A program made the position numbers and the translations under genes. Shown here piece by piece: positions 34,483 to 41,377 of a stretch of DNA of 47,398 nt. Every line of letters starts with the position of its first letter. The first letter of the stretch is position 1. Below the pieces are notes generated by a model that saw only the letters and a list, made by a program, of their open reading frames with translations, was not told the origin of the DNA and ran no database searches. Source of the DNA: an uncultured Candidatus Saccharibacteria bacterium. GTDB lineage: Bacteria > Patescibacteriota > Minisyncoccia > Phycocordibacterales > UBA9973. The stretch spans positions 1 to 47,398 of the forward strand of contig CAYNAO010000003.1 of NCBI GenBank assembly GCA_964395435.1, given 5' to 3'.

Positions 34483-36243
34483 TTAATTCAACTCTTTATA
34501 GTCTGTTTTCAGGAACCTGTTTCTACGATTAAAACTGGCAATCGTGTGTTTTTGAATATTAAGTTTAATTTGATTTTTTCGTTCTTCGTGTTCAATTTTG
34601 TCTCTATTGAGTGTTAATATATATTGAAAATCTATATTTTTTTCTTGTTCAGCAAGAAAGTTTAGGCTTTGGACTAATGTGTCTTGATCTACATCAAAAA
34701 TATTATCATGTATAAGAAACATTGGATGGTGTTGTTTTGTGTTTTTGTTTGTTAATAATCCTATGTCATAAATAAATACTTTTGTTCTATCAACACTATG
34801 ACTTCCATCATCAGGGATTCGTAAATCTAATTTGATAATCTGCTTACTAGAGGATGTTTTAATAGTTTTAATATCAAAGGATACTTCTACATTACCCATA
34901 ATGTATTCATGTATTTCAGCAAGAGTTTTATTGAACCCTTTTATTTGATTTGTGGTTTCAAAAATTTTTGTATCGAGTTCAGAAAATAGGTTGTCTTTTT
35001 TTAATTTTAAAATATCAATTTCTCTGTCTAGTCGCTCGTATTCTCCAAGATTAGATTGAGTCGATGCAAGTTCGTCTTTTCTTTTTGTGTAAGAATAAAA
35101 GCTTTCTTTTATAATACTTAATGAATCTGTCTTATCAATACTTATAAGCATTCCAGCTCTTTTTTCATCTAAGTTGTTTAGGTCTTCTTGGATCTTCTTA
35201 ATTTCTGATTTAATTTCCTCAGCTCGTTCGTTAATAAGCAAGTTCTGATATTTCTCAATTTTTTTCTTAAAGTTGATAACTTCTGTTATAGATTTTGAAA
35301 CAATTTCTCCTAAACCATTTTTAAATTTATCATAAACTATTTGTATGTCGCTTATATTTACATTTTCAACTTTAGGCATAGATTCAATCCGTTTTAGTTC
35401 GTATTTTAGTGCTATTTGTTTGATTCTTAATTGCTCAATAGTAGAGTCAATTTTTACAAGAGCTTCTTGGTTTTGTTGGAAAATCGGCTCAGTCTTAAAT
35501 TTATTTAAAGACTCTTCTGCTCTTGATAACTCTAATTCTAATGCATTAATTTCAGCTTTTACATCGGAAACTTTCTTTTTCCCAGAATCAGTTAATCTCT
35601 TTTTTAAATGATTCTGTGTTTGTGATTTTTCTTCAACATCTTTAAAAATACTTTTAATTTCTTTAACGAAAGAAGGATTAATACCAAAAAGATAAAGATG
35701 TGTTTTTATTAAATCTGAATTTGGTATTTTTGATCTAAGGTCGTAACAATTAACTATATCTTTAAATTCAGAATCTTCGTCTCTAATTAGTGGACCTAGT
35801 AGCTCTCTAAAGCTTGGTCTTTCTATTTTTTCGTCTTTGTTTTTTTCATAAAAAAGATTAGTTAGATATCTTAATGCATCATTAGAGTCTTTGTATAAGG
35901 TAAGTTCTCCATCAACTTCTATAGAGGGCTTGTTGGGTTCATGTATTGTTCTTTCTATTGTTACTTTCTTGTTATTAATATCTAAATCAAGACAAATTTT
36001 TGTCTCATAAGAAAATTTATCAAAAGGAATTTTCATAACTCTGCTTGAGTCTGCATCTTTAAAAAGACAGAAATTTATAAATTCTACTGACATTGATTTC
36101 CCCACACCATTTGTTTTTTTGTCTTTTCTAGTTTTTGTTTCGTTTTCAGAAACTTTTTCACCAAGAATAAGATTAACCCCATCCCTGAATTCAATAGGAT
36201 CAAATGTTTGAGGTATTGAATATAGTTTTTTTAATTTAATCAT
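34483..36243 (-). CDS. coiled-coil ABC/SMC-like ATPase (DUF2326-like; ABC-three-component system ATPase)
   Basis: N-terminal Walker A KKTNGVGKSMS, a long central coiled coil, and C-terminal Walker B-like HHPMFLIHDNIFDVD. It is the last gene of a three-gene minus-strand operon with 4-nt and 10-nt junctions. Confidence 0.65.
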   Translation of the reverse strand: MIKLKKLYSIPQTFDPIEFRDGVNLILGEKVSENETKTRKDKKTNGVGKSMSVEFINFCLFKDADSSRVMKIPFDKFSYETKICLDLDINNKKVTIERTIHEPNKPSIEVDGELTLYKDSNDALRYLTNLFYEKNKDEKIERPSFRELLGPLIRDEDSEFKDIVNCYDLRSKIPNSDLIKTHLYLFGINPSFVKEIKSIFKDVEEKSQTQNHLKKRLTDSGKKKVSDVKAEINALELELSRAEESLNKFKTEPIFQQNQEALVKIDSTIEQLRIKQIALKYELKRIESMPKVENVNISDIQIVYDKFKNGLGEIVSKSITEVINFKKKIEKYQNLLINERAEEIKSEIKKIQEDLNNLDEKRAGMLISIDKTDSLSIIKESFYSYTKRKDELASTQSNLGEYERLDREIDILKLKKDNLFSELDTKIFETTNQIKGFNKTLAEIHEYIMGNVEVSFDIKTIKTSSSKQIIKLDLRIPDDGSHSVDRTKVFIYDIGLLTNKNTKQHHPMFLIHDNIFDVDQDTLVQSLNFLAEQEKNIDFQYILTLNRDKIEHEERKNQIKLNIQKHTIASFNRRNRFLKTDYKELN

Positions 36244-36467
36244 TTTTTATAAATATATGGTTCAGCAAATTCGACCAGACCTGTTTGATATAAAAAAATA
36301 AGCGAAAAAATAACTTGCCTGTGGCTTATAGATCCTAATTCTTGTTTTAAGTTTAAAATTATTTCGTCTAGCATTAATTTTTGTTCTTTAGCCTTTGTCA
36401 GTTTTTTTAATACCAAAAAACCAATATATGGAGATGATGTTTTTATTTTTTCGTCTTTATTTATCAT
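36240..36467 (-). CDS. small middle component of the three-gene ABC system
   Basis: 75 aa. Overlaps the ATPase start by 4 nt (atga). The size and position fit the ABC-3C middle component, but no motif was verified. Confidence 0.5.
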   Translation of the reverse strand: MINKDEKIKTSSPYIGFLVLKKLTKAKEQKLMLDEIILNLKQELGSISHRQVIFSLIFLYQTGLVEFAEPYIYKK

Positions 36468-36476
36468 AATGAATTT

Positions 36477-37430
36477 TTAATTAGGAAACACATTACACTT
36501 TATTAATTCGTCTAATAGATAGAATCGGATCGCTTGATAATCATGTTTTTTACCATCTCTACTAATCTCAGTATCAAAATACTCTGTTAGGTTAGCTAAA
36601 GCTTTTGTTGGGTTACCATCGGCTTGTGTTAGAAAAATATCACTTTTTATTCTTAAAAAATCTCTAATAAATTGAACTTTCACGGAATCTAGGTTAAGTT
36701 TTTCATCTACTTCATTTCGTGCTAAAGCATACCTTGGTAATAAATCGACAATTTGTGTTTTTAAGAATGTTGATTCCGCAGAAAACCTGTGTTCAATTTT
36801 CTTTTGTGGATCAGGTTCCTCGACCCATTTTTTTATATCAGCTTCTTTGTTGTTGCTTAAAAAAACAACAAGATCGGCGATTGTTTCAACTTCGTTTGCT
36901 AAAACTAGTTCGCTTTTGTTTTCTTTCTGACTATCAAACTCTTCTTTGAGAATTGATAAAATTTCGTTTATTTTTTTAGGGTTAAGGAGTCTAATAAGTG
37001 CAATTAAATCAGATAAACAAATAATATCTTTTGAATAATCAAAATCAACATTCTCAGGTCCTACAATTTTACTTTTAGTATTGGGTTTTTTGCTTGAAAT
37101 TAATATAAATTTTAATGATTTAAATTTCTTAAACAATTCATGTTCATTAAATTTTTTAATTGTTTCTTTAATTTTTTTAGTTGTATTTTCGGAAGTCACC
37201 TGTATTGAGACTTTTTTCTCTATGTCTCCAAGATCTACAGAAGGAAAATTTGTTTTAATAATATTTAAATTAACTAAGTTTAAATCGAAAATTTTATTAA
37301 GTATATTACAAAAAAAATCTTCAGAATAGCTATTTATATCAGTAAATCCATTTGCATTATTTATTTTTACTGAAGATTCGAGTCTAGAAAAATAACTAAT
37401 GATTTCATTAATAAGATTATGTCTTTCCAT
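36477..37430 (-). CDS. SMEK-like N-terminal domain protein (first, effector-type component of the ABC-3C-like operon)
   Basis: N-terminus MERHNLINEIISYFSRLESSVKINNANGFTDINSYSEDFFCNILNKIFDLNLVNLN...FPSVDLGD..KKVSIQVTSE matches my memory of the SMEK domain consensus. The C-terminal half is unassigned. Confidence 0.5.
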   Translation of the reverse strand: MERHNLINEIISYFSRLESSVKINNANGFTDINSYSEDFFCNILNKIFDLNLVNLNIIKTNFPSVDLGDIEKKVSIQVTSENTTKKIKETIKKFNEHELFKKFKSLKFILISSKKPNTKSKIVGPENVDFDYSKDIICLSDLIALIRLLNPKKINEILSILKEEFDSQKENKSELVLANEVETIADLVVFLSNNKEADIKKWVEEPDPQKKIEHRFSAESTFLKTQIVDLLPRYALARNEVDEKLNLDSVKVQFIRDFLRIKSDIFLTQADGNPTKALANLTEYFDTEISRDGKKHDYQAIRFYLLDELIKCNVFPN

Positions 37431-37473
37431 AAAGATATTATAATGTATTTTTCGTTATTTATTAAGTGCTTAA

Positions 37474-38817
37474 TTACAAAGATGGATTTTGATTAAATTT
37501 CAAACTAATCTCCTTGTCTCTAATCTCAACTTTTCCTCGCAAGCAACTCAATAGTTCTCGTTTTTCATACCTTGTTCCATTTTTAAGGATATGTTTTGCG
37601 TAATTCTTGATATCTGCTTCTATTGGTCTATTATCAAATTCTGTTTCTCTTCCTAATACTGTGTAGCTAAATTGTCTATATTTGTTTATCTCATATTCAA
37701 TCTTTTGCTTCATCCCAATTTCATCAAGATCTATTTTATCTATCAGTCTAATTAGTTGCTCTAAAAGATTTTCTTCTCTTAACGCTCCTTGTTTGCAATA
37801 TCTATCTGCCGAATGACTACAATGATAATACACATATCTATGAGACTTGCCATTTTTACAATGTTTGAATTTTTCTTCAGCCGTTATTCCTGATCTACAA
37901 GCACCACAGAAAAATAATCTTGTGAATTCAAATTCATTTGTTCCTGGGTGTCTACGAGATGGAGCATTTATATTTGCTCGTGCTTTTAAATATAATTCTT
38001 TAGTAATTATAGGATCATAGGAACCCTTGTACCATTTACCACTATTGGTGGGGTATTCAAATTCTCCATAATAATAAGTATCTTTGAGTATGGTAAATAT
38101 TGCACTTAATGCAATTCTTTTTCCAGACCTTGTAGTAAAATTCTTTTCTAGATTAAGCCATGTTAATAAATCTCTACCACTATAATTTTCATATGCTACT
38201 TTCTCAAACATTTCTTTTATAATTGGAGCTCTGACTTCATCGATCAATACTCGTTTTTGTCCCTTGTCTGCATATTTATCATGAATGTATCCAAGAGGAG
38301 ACATTCCAGGTCTAAACCCCATCTCGCATTTTGCTCTAAGTCCTCGTTTTACATTTTCTCCCTTGTGATCATTTTCAAGTTTTGCTTGTGAACATAAAAT
38401 CATAAGTAAAAACTTTTCGTTTGGTGAATTTGTAAATCTTTGTCCGTGCGTTCGTATATCAATTAGCATTCCTGCATCCATTAAATCAACTACCTTACCC
38501 AAGTCTCCTGCATTTCTTGAAATACGAGAAGGATCCCAAGCAATGAGTCCGCTAAACTTTCCATTTCTAATATCTTCTATGATTGTCTGAAATACTGGTC
38601 TTTGTCCTGATTCTTTTGCTGAATGACTTTCTTTTCTGACTTCTACGATATACAAACCCTCTTTTTCTGCCATATCTTTCATCTCTTTGATTTGTGAATC
38701 AATAGACAAAGCTTGCAATTCATCTTGCTCGGTTGATTTACGAGCGTAAAGACAGTATTTAACCGGGATTGTTAAATTGATCTTTTCTTGCGTTACATTA
38801 AGTATATTTGTTTGCAC
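37474..38817 (-). CDS. large serine recombinase (resolvase catalytic domain, recombinase domain, zinc ribbon)
   Basis: YCLYARKSTEQDE supplies the catalytic Ser context, followed by SRISRN. The recombinase domain includes GFRPGMSPLGY. The zinc ribbon is CGACRSGITAEEK...YYHCSH. GTG start. Confidence 0.85.
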   Translation of the reverse strand: MQTNILNVTQEKINLTIPVKYCLYARKSTEQDELQALSIDSQIKEMKDMAEKEGLYIVEVRKESHSAKESGQRPVFQTIIEDIRNGKFSGLIAWDPSRISRNAGDLGKVVDLMDAGMLIDIRTHGQRFTNSPNEKFLLMILCSQAKLENDHKGENVKRGLRAKCEMGFRPGMSPLGYIHDKYADKGQKRVLIDEVRAPIIKEMFEKVAYENYSGRDLLTWLNLEKNFTTRSGKRIALSAIFTILKDTYYYGEFEYPTNSGKWYKGSYDPIITKELYLKARANINAPSRRHPGTNEFEFTRLFFCGACRSGITAEEKFKHCKNGKSHRYVYYHCSHSADRYCKQGALREENLLEQLIRLIDKIDLDEIGMKQKIEYEINKYRQFSYTVLGRETEFDNRPIEADIKNYAKHILKNGTRYEKRELLSCLRGKVEIRDKEISLKFNQNPSL

Positions 38818-38907
38818 AACAACACAATGGCGGAATTGAGCTTATAAGTCTATATGCTTAAAGTGGGTAACTAGCTTATTTAATTAATTTTCTATATATT
38901 TAATAGT

Positions 38908-39714
38908 ATGAAAGTTTTAACGTTTTTATCGAAAAAGGATATAGAAAAATTCATTGATGAGGAGGCTTATGGTGTTATTGAGTACCTTCTTCGCAAGGTA
39001 GCTTTTTCTCAGCCAGAAGTTAAAGATAAATCAGAATTATCTGGAATTCAGATTACTAAAGAATTTTTGGAAGATTGGATAGCTCAAGCATGTAATCTAA
39101 CAAAAGTCGGTGCAGGCAACTATCCTATTGATGTTTATTCTAAAAATAAATATGGCATAGATGTTAAATTCCTAACTGCAAAAATAAATAAAAATGGAGA
39201 CTATACTAATAGTTATTCAAACGAAACCTCTCTTAGTCAAAATTTCAAAATAGCTGGTCTTGATTTAGACCAGATGTTTGCAAGTAAAAAATACGAAAAT
39301 ATATTATTGGCTTGGATAAAAATATTAGAAGCGAAGATTTTAATCCCAATAAATGATTTTAATTTAAAAAAGGTTTATTACTTTATTTTTATAAGAGCTG
39401 GTAATAAGGTATCTCTAGCTATTGCAGATGTAAATAATAAAGAGATAAGAAACCTAAAAACTAATCGCTCTACAGATACATCTGTATTTGTGCAAAATTT
39501 TATTGAAGACAGATATGGAAATGTAAAGATATATAAAAGTAAAAAAAGAATGGAATTAAGGGTTTTTCCAAAAGCATTGGAAGAAGATAATAAATTAATA
39601 TCTTGGAACTTTGAAAACTTTTATCCCGATATAATTTCTTTAAGAGATGTTGTTAAAGATAAAAAAATAGAACAACATTCAAAAAAACAATTTAAAAAGT
39701 TTTTTGGTGAATAA
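38908..39714 (+). CDS. putative type II restriction endonuclease (PD-DxK motif)
   Basis: NYPIDVYSKNKYGIDVKFL gives PD...(12 aa)...DVK. The gene abuts the C5 methyltransferase gene tail to tail with 0 nt of spacer. Confidence 0.5.
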   Translation: MKVLTFLSKKDIEKFIDEEAYGVIEYLLRKVAFSQPEVKDKSELSGIQITKEFLEDWIAQACNLTKVGAGNYPIDVYSKNKYGIDVKFLTAKINKNGDYTNSYSNETSLSQNFKIAGLDLDQMFASKKYENILLAWIKILEAKILIPINDFNLKKVYYFIFIRAGNKVSLAIADVNNKEIRNLKTNRSTDTSVFVQNFIEDRYGNVKIYKSKKRMELRVFPKALEEDNKLISWNFENFYPDIISLRDVVKDKKIEQHSKKQFKKFFGE

Positions 39715-41292
39715 TTATTCCATCGCTTTCATAATCTGTTTTGCTATTGCTTCTATAACCGGTACACTTACTGAGTTTCCAGCTTGTTTGTATAGGGCTG
39801 AGTCTGCGATATTAGGTAATATGTATTCTTTAGGGAACCCTTGTAACCTAAAACATTCAAGGGGAGTTAATTTTCTTATACCTTTCTTGTCTTTAATGAT
39901 AGGAACATTGTGTCCACCCATACCCATATTTGCTGTGAGGGTCGGACAAACTCCGCTTTTATTTTCACGAACATATTGCCTACGCCATTGGTAAACCCTG
40001 CCTTCTTCTTTGACATCTTTCTTTAATCTATCAAATAATGGTTTACCATTATAGTAATATTTTTCAGGTACGTTTTTCTCTAACAAGTCAGTGATCCTCT
40101 TTGTTAGTTTTACAGGTTCAGGGAAATTAAACCTTTCGGCATATTCTTTGTTTTTGAAACCAACTATATATATACGTTCACGATTCTGGGGAACATTACC
40201 ATATTCCATGCTATTTAAGACTTTGTACTTAACATGATAGCCTAAGTCTAGCAATGTCTCTTCAATTACTTTAAATGTATTTCCACCGTCATGACTTTTT
40301 AAGTTTTTAACGTTCTCGAGCATGAATCCCTCAGGTTGTCTTGCTTGAATAATTTTTGCAATATCAAAAAATAAATTACCTCTATTTTTAGGATCGTCGA
40401 ATCCTTTTCTGTATCCAGCAATAGAAAATGCCTGGCAAGGAAATCCTCCTAATAAAAAATCAAAGTCTGGTAAATCGTTTATCCCAATTTTCCTTATATC
40501 TTCTACAATAAGTTTTGAGTCTGTAAAATTTAAATCATATGTTTTTTTGCAAGGTTCATCAAAATCATTCGCAAACACAGTTTTAAAACCAGCATTTTCA
40601 AATCCCTTTCGAATACCACCCACTCCAGCGAATAAATCTATAGTCTTGAAGCCGTGTTTCGTTTTATTCTTAGGGTTTATCTCTTTCTCTGTTTTTACAT
40701 CACGAATTACTTGCACAACAACACCTCTTATTTCAACGTGGGTTCGGAATAATGGCTTCATGTCTGGATTTCTAGGTTGTAATCTTATTTTCTTATCTTC
40801 TCTGTATATTTTCTTTAATGTGGCTTCATTATCATCAATAATAGCGACAACAGTCTGTCCGTTTTCTGCCACCGACTGCTTTTTGATTACTACAATATCT
40901 CCATCATATATACCTTCATCTATCATACTATTTCCAACTACTCGCAAAGCGTAGTGGTCTTTGGCACTTTTAATATTTGGATTGATTATTGATATTGTGT
41001 CCTCAATATTTTCTATTGCCTCAATAGGTTGACCAGCAGCTATTCTTCCAACAATAGGAATTTCTATAACTGATTTTATTTCTTTCTTTGGCGTAATGCT
41101 TCTAGGTGAGTTTTCAGATTTAGATAAATAACCCTTTTCTTTTAGGGAAGCAATATGTTCATGAACAGTAGAAATAGCTTTAAGTTTTAATTTTTTTCTT
41201 ATCTCATCAATGGTTGGAGATATACCATTCTCATTTATGTAAGTATTAATGAAGTCAAAAACTTCTTTTTGCTTTTTTGTTAATGTTGACAT
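39715..41292 (-). CDS. LexA-like repressor (wHTH plus S24 peptidase) fused to DNA (cytosine-5) methyltransferase
   Basis: Residues 1-199 contain LTKKQKEVFDFI..NGISPTIDEI (LexA DNA-binding domain), VGRIAAGQP (Ala-Gly cleavage site), VVGNSMIDEGIYDGDIVVI (Ser nucleophile) and ATLKKI (Lys). Residues 217-525 carry C5-MTase motifs DLFAGVGG, GGFPCQAFS, ENVKNL, QNRERIYIVG and GNSVSVPV. The start is moved to the ATG at 41292. Confidence 0.85.
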   Translation of the reverse strand: MSTLTKKQKEVFDFINTYINENGISPTIDEIRKKLKLKAISTVHEHIASLKEKGYLSKSENSPRSITPKKEIKSVIEIPIVGRIAAGQPIEAIENIEDTISIINPNIKSAKDHYALRVVGNSMIDEGIYDGDIVVIKKQSVAENGQTVVAIIDDNEATLKKIYREDKKIRLQPRNPDMKPLFRTHVEIRGVVVQVIRDVKTEKEINPKNKTKHGFKTIDLFAGVGGIRKGFENAGFKTVFANDFDEPCKKTYDLNFTDSKLIVEDIRKIGINDLPDFDFLLGGFPCQAFSIAGYRKGFDDPKNRGNLFFDIAKIIQARQPEGFMLENVKNLKSHDGGNTFKVIEETLLDLGYHVKYKVLNSMEYGNVPQNRERIYIVGFKNKEYAERFNFPEPVKLTKRITDLLEKNVPEKYYYNGKPLFDRLKKDVKEEGRVYQWRRQYVRENKSGVCPTLTANMGMGGHNVPIIKDKKGIRKLTPLECFRLQGFPKEYILPNIADSALYKQAGNSVSVPVIEAIAKQIMKAME

Positions 41293-41325
41293 ATTGCTTA
41301 AATATATTGACTTTGCTACAATTTG

Positions 41326-41355
41326 ATTATATCCGAAACAAAACCGAAAGTCCAA
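41326..41355 (-). promoter_or_regulatory. promoter of the LexA-MTase gene, with a direct repeat in its spacer
   Basis: On the minus strand: TTGGAC (41355-41350), an 18-nt spacer, then TATAAT (41331-41326). The spacer contains ccgaaac-aaaa-ccgaaag (plus-strand reading, 41333-41350). The 85-bp region is shared with the divergent KAP gene. Confidence 0.5.
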
Positions 41356-41377
41356 GCCGGATATCCACAATAAATAT

